A stretch of DNA of 64,000 nucleotides from NCBI GenBank assembly GCA_963663275.1, contig OY760183.1, positions 2,560,001 through 2,624,000 of the forward strand. The letters run 5' to 3'. A model generated the notes under the pieces. That model ran no database searches and was not told where the DNA came from. It worked only from the letters and a program-made list of their open reading frames with translations. Position 1 is the first letter of the stretch; every line of letters starts with the position of its first letter. The position numbers and the translations under genes were made by a program. Shown here in pieces: positions 1 to 10,923 of the stretch. This DNA comes from Chloroflexota bacterium. GTDB taxonomy: Bacteria > Chloroflexota > UBA11872 > VXOZ01.

Positions 1-662
1 CGCTGCAAGCGTTGGGCGCCGACATGCTCGTGATGCGCCACTGGGAAGCCGGCGCGCCGTATCTGGCCGCGTCCTGGCTGAACGCTTCCGTGATTAACGC
101 CGGCGACGGCTGGCACGCCCATCCCAGCCAGGCGCTGCTCGACCTCTACACCGTGCGCGAACGCATCGGCGCGATCGAAGGCGTCAAGCTCGTTATCGTC
201 GGCGACATCCTGCACAGCCGCGTGGCGCGTTCCAATCTCTGGGGCTTTGGCGCGCTCGGCGCTCACGTCGTCCTTTGCGGGCCGCCCACCCTCTTGCCTT
301 CCGCTCTTCTGGGCGTCTTTGGCGCGCCGCCGTGGCTTTCTTTGTCATACGACCTCGACGAGGCGCTGGCGGACGCCGACGTGGTGATGATGCTGCGCCT
401 CCAACGCGAGCGCATGGCCGGCGGGCTGTTGCCCTCGGCGCGGGAGTACGCCGCCCGTTTCGGCCTGACGCGCCAGCGGATGCAGCGCGCCCGCGCCAAC
501 GCGCTCATCATGCACCCCGGCCCCATGAACCAGGGCGTGGAAATTACACCTGAACTCGCATACGGCGAGCAATCCGTGATCGAACAGCAGGTCGCCCACG
601 GCGTGGCGGTGCGCATGGCGATCTTCTACTTGCTTGCGGGCACGGCGGAGCGGCTGGCATGA
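1..662 (+). CDS. pyrB: aspartate carbamoyltransferase catalytic subunit (5' truncated by window edge)
   Basis: INAGDG..HPSQALLD, GDILHSRVARS, LRLQRER and MHPGPMN motifs; stop overlaps pyrC start. Confidence 0.95.
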   Translation, partial: LQALGADMLVMRHWEAGAPYLAASWLNASVINAGDGWHAHPSQALLDLYTVRERIGAIEGVKLVIVGDILHSRVARSNLWGFGALGAHVVLCGPPTLLPSALLGVFGAPPWLSLSYDLDEALADADVVMMLRLQRERMAGGLLPSAREYAARFGLTRQRMQRARANALIMHPGPMNQGVEITPELAYGEQSVIEQQVAHGVAVRMAIFYLLAGTAERLA

Positions 663-2038
663 ACGACACCTGGCTCATCAAAGGCACCCGCGTCATCGAC
701 CCGGCGAACAACCTCGACGCCGCGCGGGACATTCTCATACGAGACGGCAACATCGCGGGCATCGGCGAATCGCTCTCCCCGGACGGCGTGCCGGTCATCG
801 ACGCCGGCGGCCTCGTGGTCGCGCCCGGCTTCGTGGATCTGCACTGCCATCTGCGCGAGCCGGGATTCGAGTACAAGGAGACCATCGCCAGCGGCACGCG
901 GGCGGCGTTGCGCGGCGGCTTCACAACCGTGTGCAGCATGGCGAACACCGACCCGGTGGTGGATACCCCGGCAAATGTGTCTTATGTGCTGCAACGCGCG
1001 CAAGCAGCCGCCGCCGCGCGCGTCTATCCCCTGGCCGCCGTCACGCGGGGTCTGGCGGGCACACAGCTTGTGGAAATGGCGGCCCTGGCGGAGGCCGGCG
1101 CGGTGGCCTTCTCCGACGACGGCATGCCAGTAGCCGACGCCCGCATGATGCGCCACGCGCTGGAATACAGCCTGTTGGTGGACAAGCCCATCGTCAACCA
1201 CTGCGAAGACCCGGCGCTCGCCCACGAAGGCGTGATGCATGAAGGCGCAACCTCGCTGCGGCTGGGGTTGCGCGGGATGCCGGCGGAAGCCGAGGAGACG
1301 ATGGTCGCCCGTGACGCGCTGCTGGCCCGCCGCACGGGCGCGCGCGTGCACATTGCCCACGTCTCGACGCAGGGCAGCGTGGAGATCATCCGCGCGGCAA
1401 AGCGGCAGGGCGTCCGCATTACGGCGGAGGTGACGCCCCATCACCTTACCCTTACCGACGCGGTCGTGGCGGGAAGCCTGCTAACGGAGTCCGCGGCGCT
1501 CGCCTATGACACCCGCGCCAAAGTCAATCCGCCTCTGCGCGCAGTCGCCGACGTAGACGCCCTCATCGAAGGCCTGAACGACGGCACGCTCGACGCCATC
1601 GCCACCGACCACGCGCCCCACAGCACGAACGACAAGCTCTGCGAGTTCAGCGACGCGGCCTCGGGCATTTCGTGCCTGGAAACTGCGTTTTCGCAAGTCT
1701 ACCAGTTGGCGCGGGACGGGCGCGTGCCGCTGGCAAGGCTCATCGGCAAGCTGACGGCTGAACCGTCACGGGTTTTCGGCCTGCCGGCGGGAACCCTCAC
1801 CGTGGGCGCGCCGGCGGACATTGCCGTGCTCGACCTGGCCGCCGCCTGGACCGTCGAGCCGCAAAAATTCGCTTCCAAGGGGAAGAATACGCCGCTTGCG
1901 GGCGCAACCCTGCCCGGCGTGGTGGCGATGACGTTCGTCGGCGGCCGGTTGCTCTATTCCGCCGACGGCTACGGCGCGCGCGGCAAGACCGGCACCTGCG
2001 GCGAAGACGGTGAAGACGGACAAGGAGGGGCGCAGTAG
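659..2038 (+). CDS. pyrC: dihydroorotase (type I)
   Basis: DLHCHLREPG, KVNPPLR and IATDHAPH motifs; pyr operon context. Confidence 0.95.
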   Translation: MNDTWLIKGTRVIDPANNLDAARDILIRDGNIAGIGESLSPDGVPVIDAGGLVVAPGFVDLHCHLREPGFEYKETIASGTRAALRGGFTTVCSMANTDPVVDTPANVSYVLQRAQAAAAARVYPLAAVTRGLAGTQLVEMAALAEAGAVAFSDDGMPVADARMMRHALEYSLLVDKPIVNHCEDPALAHEGVMHEGATSLRLGLRGMPAEAEETMVARDALLARRTGARVHIAHVSTQGSVEIIRAAKRQGVRITAEVTPHHLTLTDAVVAGSLLTESAALAYDTRAKVNPPLRAVADVDALIEGLNDGTLDAIATDHAPHSTNDKLCEFSDAASGISCLETAFSQVYQLARDGRVPLARLIGKLTAEPSRVFGLPAGTLTVGAPADIAVLDLAAAWTVEPQKFASKGKNTPLAGATLPGVVAMTFVGGRLLYSADGYGARGKTGTCGEDGEDGQGGAQ

Positions 2039-2040
2039 AC

Positions 2041-3246
2041 GTGCCGGACGCAAATCTCCATCCCCACGCGCTGCTGGCGCTGGAAGACGGTACGGTCTTC
2101 TATGGCTACGCCTTTGGCTCGCGCCAAGACGCCGCCGGGGAACTCTGCTTCAATACCAGCATGACCGGCTACCAGGAGATCGCGACCGACCCGTCGTATC
2201 GCGGGCAAATCGTCACCCTGACGTATCCGCTCATCAACAACTACGGTGTCACGCCGGCCGACATGGAGTCGGTGCGGCCCTGGCTCTCCGGCTTGGTAGT
2301 GCGCGAACTCTGCCCGCATCCCAGCAACTGGCGCGCCACGCATGAGCTTGACCGTTTCCTTGCCGAGCAGGGCATTCCCGGCATCTACGGCCTGGATACC
2401 CGCGCCATTACGCGGCGGCTCCGCACCCACGGCTTCCAGCGCGCCGCGCTGACCGTGGCGCCGCCGGACGTGCTGCCGGACGAAGCGCATGACTCGTTTC
2501 TCTGGTTGAGCGGCCGCGCGCCGGGCATCGAGGATTATGTCAATGAATGTGTCGCCCGCGCGCAGGGCGTCACGCCGCTATCGGGCCACAACGTCGTCGG
2601 TGAAGTCTCGGTGAACACGGGAGCCTACACCGCCCCCGCCCCCTGGGAGCCGTGGGCGCAACCGCCGCCAGCCGCCGCCGGCAAACGCATCGTCCTCATC
2701 GACACCGGCGCGAAGCACAACATTGCCCACTCGCTCACCAGCCGCGGCGCGGAGGTGGTTTGGATGCCCTATGGGACGCCCTACGAGGAGATTCGAGACC
2801 TCACGCCGGACGGCATCGTGGTCTGCAACGGGCCGGGCGATCCGGACGTGGGCGCGGTTGCCGCCACCGTGGAAACCACCGCCAGGCTCATGCAACGCTA
2901 CCCCACGCTCGGCATCTGTTTGGGACATCAGATCATCGCGCTGGCCGCGGGCGCGCGCACGAGCCGACTCAAGTTCGGCCACCGGGGCGCGAACCATCCG
3001 GTGCAAGACCTCGCCACCGGCAAGGCCCACATCACCACCCAAAATCACGGCTTTCAGGTGGACGCCGCCAGCATCCCGGCCAGGAGCGGTTTTCAGGTGA
3101 GCCACGTCAGCCTCAACGACGGCTCAGTCGAGGGCCTCCGCCACCAAGACTTGCCGGTATCCAGCGTGCAGTACCATCCGGAGGCGTGCCCGGGGCCGCA
3201 GGACAACCAGTACCTTTTTGATGAGTTCATAGAGCGCCTTACATGA
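2041..3246 (+). CDS. carA: carbamoyl-phosphate synthase small subunit
   Basis: [28 protein letters not shown]; GTG start after AGGAGG. Confidence 0.96.
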   Translation: MPDANLHPHALLALEDGTVFYGYAFGSRQDAAGELCFNTSMTGYQEIATDPSYRGQIVTLTYPLINNYGVTPADMESVRPWLSGLVVRELCPHPSNWRATHELDRFLAEQGIPGIYGLDTRAITRRLRTHGFQRAALTVAPPDVLPDEAHDSFLWLSGRAPGIEDYVNECVARAQGVTPLSGHNVVGEVSVNTGAYTAPAPWEPWAQPPPAAAGKRIVLIDTGAKHNIAHSLTSRGAEVVWMPYGTPYEEIRDLTPDGIVVCNGPGDPDVGAVAATVETTARLMQRYPTLGICLGHQIIALAAGARTSRLKFGHRGANHPVQDLATGKAHITTQNHGFQVDAASIPARSGFQVSHVSLNDGSVEGLRHQDLPVSSVQYHPEACPGPQDNQYLFDEFIERLT

Positions 3247-6200
3247 CACAGAAACCGTCCAAAGTGCTCATCCTCGGTTCCGGCCCGATCATCATCGGCC
3301 AGGCCGCCGAGTTCGACTACGCCGGCACCCAGGCCTGCAAAGCCATGCGCGAGGAGGGCGTGACGGCGGTGCTGGTCAACTCCAATCCCGCCACCATCAT
3401 GACGGACGAGGACATCGCCGACGAGGTCTACATCGAACCGCTCACCGTGCCGGTGGTCGAGCGCATCATCGCCCGGGAGCGCCCGGAGGGGCTGATTCCC
3501 ACCCTCGGCGGGCAGACCGGCCTCAACCTCGCCGTCGCCCTCGCTGAAGCGGGCGTGCTGGAGAGACACGGCGTGCGGCTGTTGGGCACGCCCTTGTCCG
3601 CCATTCAGAAAGCGGAAGACCGGGAACTCTTCCGGCAGACCATGACCCAAATCGGGGAACCGATCCCGGCCAGCAGGACGGTGCAGTCCGTCCGGGAAGC
3701 AGAAGCGTTCGTGGCGGAAATCGGCCTGCCGGTCGTCATCCGGCCCGCCTACACGTTGGGCGGCACCGGCGGCGGTATCGCCAACACGCCAGACGAGGTG
3801 CGCGCGGTGGTGGCGAGCGGCCTCTCCGCCAGCCCCATCCAGCAAGTGCTGGTGGAAGAGTACCTGCTGGGCTGGAAGGAGATCGAGTACGAGGTCATGC
3901 GCGATAGCGCCGACAACTGCATCACCGTGTGCAACATGGAAAACTTCGATCCCATGGGCATCCACACCGGCGACTCCATCGTCGTCGCGCCCAGCCAGAC
4001 CTTGAGCGACCGGGAGTACCAGATGCTCCGCACCGCTTCGCTCAACATCATCCGGTCGTTGGGCATCGAAGGCGGCTGCAACGTGCAACTCGCCTTAGAC
4101 CCCCACTCGTTCGCCTACCGCGTCATCGAGGTCAATCCGCGCGTCAGCCGCTCCTCCGCGCTCGCCTCCAAGGCCACCGGCTACCCGATTGCGCGCATGG
4201 CGGCGAAGATCGCCATTGGCCGCACACTGGATAAACTGCCTAACCCCATTACGCAGCGCACCACCGCCGCGTTCGAGCCGGCGCTCGACTACGTGGTGGT
4301 GAAGATACCGCGTTGGCCGTTCGACAAGTTCCCTTCCGGCGACCGGGTACTGGGCACGCAGATGAAGTCCACCGGCGAGGTGATGGCAATCGACCGCACG
4401 CTGGAAGCCGCCCTGCAGAAGGCGGTGCGCGGGCTGGAAATCGGCGATCGCAGCCTGATGTGGGAAGACGAACAGTGGCAGCATGATCCGGCGGCCGTCT
4501 GGCGGCACGTCGAAGAGGCCAGCGACGCGCGCCTGTGGGCAATCATGAGCGCGCTGCGGCGCGGGGTGAGCGTGGCGGAAATCGCGCGCCGCTCCCACAT
4601 CGACCCCTTCTTCCTCCATAAGTTCGCCGCCATCCGCGACATGGAGCAGCGGCTCCTGGCCGAATCGCTCACGCCGGGCTTGCTGTGGGAGGCGAAGCGC
4701 CTGGGTTTCGCGGACTCCCAGATCGGCACGCTCGCCGACGTGCTGCCGGCCCGCGTGCGCGAAATGCGGAAGCAGTGGGGCATCCTGCCGGTCTACAAGA
4801 TGGTCGACACCTGCGCCGCCGAGTTCGAGGCCCAGACCCCGTACTTCTACAGCACGTATGAGCTTGAGAACGACGCGCCGGCCTTGGCAGAAACCAGCGC
4901 CGCGGTCGTTGGATCGGGTCCCATCCGCATCGGCCAGGGCATCGAGTTCGACTATTGCTCCGTGCACGCGGCGTGGGCGCTCGACCGCGCCGGGGTGCGG
5001 AGCATCATGGTGAACAGCAATCCGGAGACCGTTTCCACCGATTTCGACACCTCGGACCGCCTCTACTTCGAGCCGCTCGACACCGAAAGCGTCCTGAACG
5101 TGCTCGACAACGAAGGCGTGCCGCCCACCATCGTGCAATTCGGCGGGCAGACGGCCATCAACCTCGCCGAACCGCTTACTTTGGAGAACGTCTCGCTGGC
5201 GGGCAGCGGCGTATCCGCCATCGACCTCGCCGAAGACCGGCGCAAGTTCGAGGCCTTTTTGGATCGGCTCGGCATTCCCCAGCCGCCCGGCGCGGCGGTG
5301 ACCAGCGTGGACGACGCCCTGGCCGTGGCTTCCAACATCGGCTATCCGGTGCTCGTGAGGCCTTCATACGTGCTTGGCGGTCGGGCGATGGAGATCGTGA
5401 ATACGCCGGACGACCTGAAGCGCTACGTGGCGAACGCCGTGCGGCTCTCCTCGCGCCACCCCGTGCTGGTTGACAAGTACCTCCAGGGCATGGAGGTGGA
5501 AGTGGACGCCATCTGCGACGGCAAGGAAGTGCTCATCCCGGGCATCATGGAGCACATCGAGCAGGCGGGCGTGCACTCCGGCGACAGTTTCGCGGTCTAC
5601 CCGCCCCGCGATAGCCGCGAGCGCATCGAACAAGCCCTGGTTGACTACACCACGCGCATCTGCCTGGAAATCGGGGTGTTGGGCCTGGTTAACATCCAGT
5701 ACGTCATCTTCCAGGACGAGGTCTTCGTGCTGGAGGTCAACCCCCGCTCCAGCCGCACCGTGCCCTTCCTGAGCAAGGTGACGAACGTGCCCATGGTGCG
5801 CCTGGCAACGCTGGCCATGCTGGGAAAATCGCTCGCCGAGATGGGGTATCGCGGCGGCCTGCGGCCTACGCAGCCGCTGGTGGCCGTGAAAGCGCCCGTG
5901 TTCAGCATGGCAAAACTGCGCGGTGTGGAAACCTCGGTGGGCCCGGAGATGAAGTCCACCGGCGAGGTAATGGGGGTTGACGTCACGTTCGAGGCGGCGC
6001 TCTACAAGGCCATGGTGGCCTCCGGCCTCAACGTGCCCGCGGGCGGCACCTTCCTCCTCTCCATTGCCGACGCGGATAAGGACGCCATCCGCCCGATCGT
6101 CCGCCAGCTTGCCGCGGCCGGGTTCAACTTTATGGCCACCGAGGGCACGGCGGCCATGCTGGAAGAGATGAACGTCCCCGTGCGCATGATTAGCAAGCGC

Positions 6201-6443
6201 CTGCAAGGCACGCCCAACGTGGTTTCCGTAATTCAGGACGGCGAGGTGCAGGCCGTGATAAACTCGCTCACCGGCGGCCGCGCCGTGCTGCAAGACGGCT
6301 TCTACATCCGCCGCGCGGCGGTGGAGCGCCAGATTCCCTGCCTCACCTCCCTCGACACCTCCCGCGCCCTGGCCACCGCGCTCTCGCTGCAGCAGGACGC
6401 CTACGAAGTGCGCCCCCTGCGCGCGTACCGCGACGATCGGTGA
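3243..6443 (+). CDS. carB: carbamoyl-phosphate synthase large subunit
   Basis: [17 protein letters not shown], duplicated ATP-grasp halves, [12 protein letters not shown]-terminal MGS domain; ATGA overlap with carA. Confidence 0.98.
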   Translation: MTQKPSKVLILGSGPIIIGQAAEFDYAGTQACKAMREEGVTAVLVNSNPATIMTDEDIADEVYIEPLTVPVVERIIARERPEGLIPTLGGQTGLNLAVALAEAGVLERHGVRLLGTPLSAIQKAEDRELFRQTMTQIGEPIPASRTVQSVREAEAFVAEIGLPVVIRPAYTLGGTGGGIANTPDEVRAVVASGLSASPIQQVLVEEYLLGWKEIEYEVMRDSADNCITVCNMENFDPMGIHTGDSIVVAPSQTLSDREYQMLRTASLNIIRSLGIEGGCNVQLALDPHSFAYRVIEVNPRVSRSSALASKATGYPIARMAAKIAIGRTLDKLPNPITQRTTAAFEPALDYVVVKIPRWPFDKFPSGDRVLGTQMKSTGEVMAIDRTLEAALQKAVRGLEIGDRSLMWEDEQWQHDPAAVWRHVEEASDARLWAIMSALRRGVSVAEIARRSHIDPFFLHKFAAIRDMEQRLLAESLTPGLLWEAKRLGFADSQIGTLADVLPARVREMRKQWGILPVYKMVDTCAAEFEAQTPYFYSTYELENDAPALAETSAAVVGSGPIRIGQGIEFDYCSVHAAWALDRAGVRSIMVNSNPETVSTDFDTSDRLYFEPLDTESVLNVLDNEGVPPTIVQFGGQTAINLAEPLTLENVSLAGSGVSAIDLAEDRRKFEAFLDRLGIPQPPGAAVTSVDDALAVASNIGYPVLVRPSYVLGGRAMEIVNTPDDLKRYVANAVRLSSRHPVLVDKYLQGMEVEVDAICDGKEVLIPGIMEHIEQAGVHSGDSFAVYPPRDSRERIEQALVDYTTRICLEIGVLGLVNIQYVIFQDEVFVLEVNPRSSRTVPFLSKVTNVPMVRLATLAMLGKSLAEMGYRGGLRPTQPLVAVKAPVFSMAKLRGVETSVGPEMKSTGEVMGVDVTFEAALYKAMVASGLNVPAGGTFLLSIADADKDAIRPIVRQLAAAGFNFMATEGTAAMLEEMNVPVRMISKRLQGTPNVVSVIQDGEVQAVINSLTGGRAVLQDGFYIRRAAVERQIPCLTSLDTSRALATALSLQQDAYEVRPLRAYRDDR

Positions 6444-6474
6444 GAGAGAGATGTTATGCGAAGTGCCCCCGCCG

Positions 6475-6531
6475 GTGGCGCAGGTTTCAAACCTGCACAG
6501 AAAAATCGTAGCGCGGGGGCTTGTCCCCCGC
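6475..6531. repeat. adjacent REP-like palindromes, family A (GCAGGTTTCAAACCTGC) and family B (GTAGCGCGGGGGCTTGTCCCCCGC)
   Basis: both hairpins recur in other intergenic regions (19663-19846, 22636-22783, 39299-39383, 48402-48665). Confidence 0.85.
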
Positions 6532-6601
6532 TTCCTCGCCCAACGACGCGCGCCGCTGGCAGCATAAAGTAGCAACAAACGAGCAGCGGAGAGCAGAACA
6601 A

Positions 6602-7420
6602 ATGCCCATCATCCAAGAGCGCGCTACCGTCGTCTCAAACGAACCGGTGGCGGACGGGCTTCTCATCGTGCGCCTGCATTCGCCGCGGATCGCGGCGCAG
6701 TGCCAACCGGCGCAATTCGTGCACATGCGCTGCGGCGACGGCATCGATCCGCTCTTGTTGCGCCCCTTCAGCATGTTGACCGTGGACCGCGAGGCCGGCA
6801 CGCTGGACATTCTCTATCAGGTGGTTGGCAGCGGCACGGAAATCCTCGCCAGGCGGCGGGCGGGTGACGAGATTCTCCAGCTTGGACCGCTGGGCAAGAC
6901 TTTTACGGTTCCCCCCGATCCTGGAAATCTCCTCATGGTCGCGGGGGGCATCGGCATCGCGCCGCTGCTCTTCCTGGCGGAGTTGATGATCCCAAGTGGC
7001 TATACGGTCACGCTGCTGGCCGGGGCGCGTTCAGCCGCGCGCCACCTGCCGGCCGAGCATGTGCCCCAAGCGGTGGAGTACGTGCTGGCCACCGACGACG
7101 GCTCGGCCGGCTACCACGGGCCGGCGCCGGACCTCATCGCCGACTACTTCCTCTGGAGCGACGCAGTCTATATCTGCGGCCCCTGGCCGATGCTCACGGC
7201 GATCGACGCCGCCTATCAGGCGCGCGCCTGGGGCTGGCAGAGCACAAAGCCCATCCAGGTCTCGCTGGAAAACCAGATGGGCTGCGCCATGGGCGTCTGC
7301 CTCGGCTGCGTCGTGACCACGCCGCGAGGCTACGAGCGCGTCTGCCGCGACGGCCCGGTCTTCGCGCTGCGCGACCTGCACCGGGAGATTGCCTCCAGGC
7401 CAGTACACCACAGCCGGTAG
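6602..7420 (+). CDS. pyrK: dihydroorotate dehydrogenase B electron transfer subunit
   Basis: RPFS FAD motif, AGGIGIAP, ICGP, and MGCAMGVCLGC...C 2Fe-2S motif; ATG at 6602. Confidence 0.9.
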   Translation: MPIIQERATVVSNEPVADGLLIVRLHSPRIAAQCQPAQFVHMRCGDGIDPLLLRPFSMLTVDREAGTLDILYQVVGSGTEILARRRAGDEILQLGPLGKTFTVPPDPGNLLMVAGGIGIAPLLFLAELMIPSGYTVTLLAGARSAARHLPAEHVPQAVEYVLATDDGSAGYHGPAPDLIADYFLWSDAVYICGPWPMLTAIDAAYQARAWGWQSTKPIQVSLENQMGCAMGVCLGCVVTTPRGYERVCRDGPVFALRDLHREIASRPVHHSR

Positions 7421-7564
7421 CCCAAGGCCCCGAGGCATTGAAGCCCAACACGCATGTATTCCCGTGCGCGGGTGCCAGTCAATTCTCCTACAGGAATGGC
7501 CCCCTGTATTTCCAAACAGCGCGCGCCGGACTCCAGTCACTTTGAACAGAGTTCAGCGCCTGCC

Positions 7565-7669
7565 TGTCATTCCGAACAGAGCGCAGCGGAGTGAGGAATC
7601 TAGGGAGTTACTTCAGTGGGGGCTGGCCACTGCACGGGTCCTAGATTCCTCGCTCCGCTCGGAATGACA
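7565..7669. repeat. inverted-repeat element TGTCATTCCG...GAGGAATCTAG / CTAGATTCCTCGCTCCGCTCGGAATGACA
   Basis: long imperfect inverted repeat between convergent genes; inverted homolog at 15749-15842. Confidence 0.8.
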
Positions 7670-7713
7670 ATATGCCATGTAATACTTCAACGCTCTCAGC
7701 CAAGGCTTCACCG

Positions 7714-8820
7714 TCACCACGCCGAGAACTTCAGACACACCGGCGTCGGCACGGCGGCAACGTGTCCGGTAGGCTCCAGGGCGCCGGTATCCAAGTCGAT
7801 GCGGAATGTGACGACAGTGTCGGTGTCCTGGTTCGCCGCCAGCAGGAACGCGCCGCTGGGGTCGATGACGAAGTTGCGCGGCACTTCACCCTCAGTAGAT
7901 TGATGCCCTACAAGACTGAGGGTACTGACCGCGTCGTCCACCGCGTAGATGGCGATGCTGTCGTGACCGCGATTGGAGCCGTACACGAACCTGCCCGTAG
8001 GGTGCACGTGCACGTCCGCGGTATGGCTGGTCTCGGTGAAGTCCGGCGGCAACGTCGGAATCGTCTGCAACTCCGCCAGCGCGCCGCGCTCCTGGTCGTA
8101 TGCGAAGACCGTTATCGTATTGCCAATCTCGTTGATCACGTAGACCACCCGGCCGTTCGGATGGAAGTCGAGGTGGCGCGGCCCCGCGCCGGGATGCACG
8201 GTCGCAAACGCCGGATCGTTTGGCGGCAGTTTGCCGTTCTCCAAGTCCAGCCCGTAGACCAGCACCTGATCCAGTCCCAGGTCGCAGGCCAGCGCAAAGC
8301 GGTTCGCCGGGTCCGGCGTAAACGAGTGCGCGTGCGGCTCCCCCTGGCGGTCCGGATTGACGCTAGAGCCCACGTGTTGCGCCCAGTCCGTCGCGGGCCC
8401 CACGCTGCCGTCCTCCTCGATTGGCAGTATCGCCACGCTGCCGCCCATGTAGTTCGCCGCTATCGCGTATCGCCCCGTCTGTTCCACGCTCACGTGGCAG
8501 GGTCCCGCGCCGTGCGAGGACTGCCGGTTGAGAAAGGTCAAGCCGCCGGTTGCCGGATCCACCGCGAACGCGCTCACCGCGCCGCCGGTGTGTCCGTCGA
8601 TCTCCGGCACGGCATTCACGGCGTAGAGGAACGGACGCGCCGGATGCAACGTCAGGAAAGACGGATTGGGCACGCCCGGCACGCTGTGCACAAGCTCCAC
8701 CGCGCCGCTGGCCGTGTCCATGCGGCAGACGTAGATGCCGTCCGCGCCGCCGCCAAGTTCGGTCTCCCCCGTAAACGTGCCGACATAGATGAATCTCGCT
8801 TCGGTTGATTGTGCGCTCAT
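7714..8820 (-). CDS. pgl: 6-phosphogluconolactonase / lactonase family beta-propeller
   Basis: YVGTFT, NPSFL, GPCHVS, ANYMGGS, PHAH, GAGPRH, SNRGHDSI and PRNF motifs. Confidence 0.88.
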   Translation of the reverse strand: MSAQSTEARFIYVGTFTGETELGGGADGIYVCRMDTASGAVELVHSVPGVPNPSFLTLHPARPFLYAVNAVPEIDGHTGGAVSAFAVDPATGGLTFLNRQSSHGAGPCHVSVEQTGRYAIAANYMGGSVAILPIEEDGSVGPATDWAQHVGSSVNPDRQGEPHAHSFTPDPANRFALACDLGLDQVLVYGLDLENGKLPPNDPAFATVHPGAGPRHLDFHPNGRVVYVINEIGNTITVFAYDQERGALAELQTIPTLPPDFTETSHTADVHVHPTGRFVYGSNRGHDSIAIYAVDDAVSTLSLVGHQSTEGEVPRNFVIDPSGAFLLAANQDTDTVVTFRIDLDTGALEPTGHVAAVPTPVCLKFSAW

Positions 8821-8926
8821 CGCTTGCGTTTCTCTCCTCATTGCTCAGAGTTTACGAATTGTACGGGCTGGCCGCGTTGCGCCGCCCGGCAAGATGCCGC
8901 CGACCGGCGGCGGAGCGGCAGGTGGC

Positions 8927-9835
8927 CTATCCTCCCAGGAGATCGTCCAACGCCTCCTCCAGGGTAGGATACCGGAACTCATATCCCGCTTCAGCCAGCC
9001 GTTGCGGCAGCGCGCGCTGGCCGTGCACGACCAGGTCCGCCATTTCACCCATTGCCAGGCGCAGCGCCCACGACGGCACGCGCATGAACGACGGCCGGCC
9101 CAGCGCGCCCCCCACCGCCCGGGCAAAGGCGGCATACCGCGCCGGCTGCGGCGCGCACAGGTTCACCGGCCCGGCAACGCCGCCGCTGGTCATCAGAAAC
9201 TCGATAGCCCCCGTCACGTCGTCGATGTGAATCCACGGCGCCCATTGCTGGCCGCTGCCCAGTGAACCGCCCGCGAAGAAGCGAAACGGCAGCGCCACCC
9301 GCGGCAGCACGCCGCCCGCGGCGCTGAGCGCCAGGCCCAAGCGCAGCAGCACCAGCCGCGTTCCAGGCTCCTCCACCGCCGCCGCGCGCTCCCACTCCTG
9401 GGACAGGTCGGCGAGGAAGTCATTGCCCGCAGGGGACTGTTCGTCCACTTCCCGGTCGCCGGTGTTGCCATAGTAGCCGACAGCGGAGGCCTGTATCAGC
9501 ACTGACGGCTTGCGGGCGGCGGCGCGAATCGCGGCTGCCACCGCGTTGGTGGATTGAATGCGGCTGTCGCGCAGCCGCCGCTTCTGCGCATACGTCCAGC
9601 GCCTGGCGGCGATGCTCTCTCCCGCCAGATTCACGATTACGTCCGCGTCCTCCACCTGCTCTTCCCAGCCTTCGCTGCTGCTGCCGTCCCACCCGGCAAC
9701 CTCCGCGCCGTCCGGCAAGCCGGACACCCGGTAGGGCCGCCGGCTGAGAACGACGACCGCATGTCCCTGGGCGCAGAGATACTGGGTGAGGGCGCTGCCG
9801 ATCAACCCGCTGCCACCGGCGATTATCACGCGCAT
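8927..9835 (-). CDS. TIGR01777 family NAD-dependent epimerase/oxidoreductase
   Basis: GGSGLIG, NLAGESI..RW, SAVGYYG, GSGQQW.PWIHIDD, F.YPTLE.AL. Confidence 0.9.
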   Translation of the reverse strand: MRVIIAGGSGLIGSALTQYLCAQGHAVVVLSRRPYRVSGLPDGAEVAGWDGSSSEGWEEQVEDADVIVNLAGESIAARRWTYAQKRRLRDSRIQSTNAVAAAIRAAARKPSVLIQASAVGYYGNTGDREVDEQSPAGNDFLADLSQEWERAAAVEEPGTRLVLLRLGLALSAAGGVLPRVALPFRFFAGGSLGSGQQWAPWIHIDDVTGAIEFLMTSGGVAGPVNLCAPQPARYAAFARAVGGALGRPSFMRVPSWALRLAMGEMADLVVHGQRALPQRLAEAGYEFRYPTLEEALDDLLGG

Positions 9836-9929
9836 CGTAGCCTCCCTTCGTGTTGCCGCCGCGGTGCGCAATACATCACGTCAAGATGCGTTTCTCCCCG
9901 TCGTTACTGGCATGAGAGCGTTTGGCGAA

Positions 9930-9959
9930 TTGAGGCGGACAGCCTGAATCTGGTATAAT
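9930..9959 (+). promoter_or_regulatory. sigma70-type promoter (TTGAGG ... TGgTATAAT extended -10)
   Basis: perfect TATAAT at 9954-9959 with TG extension, rare in GC-rich DNA; upstream of the membrane protein-gyrB pair. Confidence 0.6.
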
Positions 9960-9966
9960 GCAGGGT

Positions 9967-10923
9967 GTGAATGAACCGCAAACACTGAGGCCGATTGAAG
10001 CCTTAACCAAGTCCGGCTCTCTGCTCAATCGACGCATCTGGCTGCTCCTCCTGCCGGTTGGGTTGGATATTGTCATTTGGTTTGCGCCCCGTGTAGTCCC
10101 GGGCCCGGGATTCCTCAGCTTCACGGAGAGTCTCTCCGCCGAAGAGCAGGGCCTGTTCGCGTTCTTCGAGCAGTTGAACATCCTCTCGCTCGCGCTGGGC
10201 GTCTGGGTGCCCTCGCTTGGCGTAACGCTCTCCGGCGCCGGCGCGGAATCCGTCGTGGAAGTAGAGTCGCTGGGCCAACTCTTCCTCATCCTCGCGCTTC
10301 TGCTTACGGTGAGTTTTGTGGCGGGCAGCGCCTATCTTGCCCTGGTTGCCGCGACCGTGCAGGAGCAGGCGTTGACCTGGGAAACCCTGGCGCTGCGGGT
10401 CATGCGGCTGGCGCCCCGCCTGGTCGGCCTTACCGGCATCGTGCTGGTCTTGAACGTGATCCCCATCGCCGTCGCCGGCTTCATTACGGCCCTGGCGCCG
10501 CCGCTGGGCACGCTGTTCATGTTGCTTGTGCTGGTGCTGTTGTTTTGGATTGCCTTCCACGCATTCTATATCGTAGACAGCATCGCGCTGGCGCGCCAGA
10601 GCCTGTTGACGGTCATGCGGCTCTCGCTCCGGCTCGTGCACGGCAATCTGTGGTCCGCTTTCGTCTTCTTCCTGGTCTACTGGGTCATCATACTCCTGAC
10701 GAGCGTCTTTTGGAATGAACTGATCGACCTGCGGATTGCCAGCCTCGGACTTGGCAGGATGGTCGCCGTCGTCGGCAACGCCTACGTGGGAACGTGGCTG
10801 ACGATCGCCGTGTTCTTGTACGTCTGGAATCGCATTCTCATTCACCGTGGAGAGTCATCTCCCGCCCAAACCGTGCCGGACATCCACTCGCAAAGGGACC
10901 CCAATGGCAAAGAACACAGTTGA
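9967..10923 (+). CDS. multi-pass membrane protein of unknown function
   Basis: about 6-7 hydrophobic segments; ORF track starts at 9958, but the in-frame GTG at 9967 fits the promoter better; stop overlaps gyrB start. Confidence 0.75.
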   Translation: MNEPQTLRPIEALTKSGSLLNRRIWLLLLPVGLDIVIWFAPRVVPGPGFLSFTESLSAEEQGLFAFFEQLNILSLALGVWVPSLGVTLSGAGAESVVEVESLGQLFLILALLLTVSFVAGSAYLALVAATVQEQALTWETLALRVMRLAPRLVGLTGIVLVLNVIPIAVAGFITALAPPLGTLFMLLVLVLLFWIAFHAFYIVDSIALARQSLLTVMRLSLRLVHGNLWSAFVFFLVYWVIILLTSVFWNELIDLRIASLGLGRMVAVVGNAYVGTWLTIAVFLYVWNRILIHRGESSPAQTVPDIHSQRDPNGKEHS

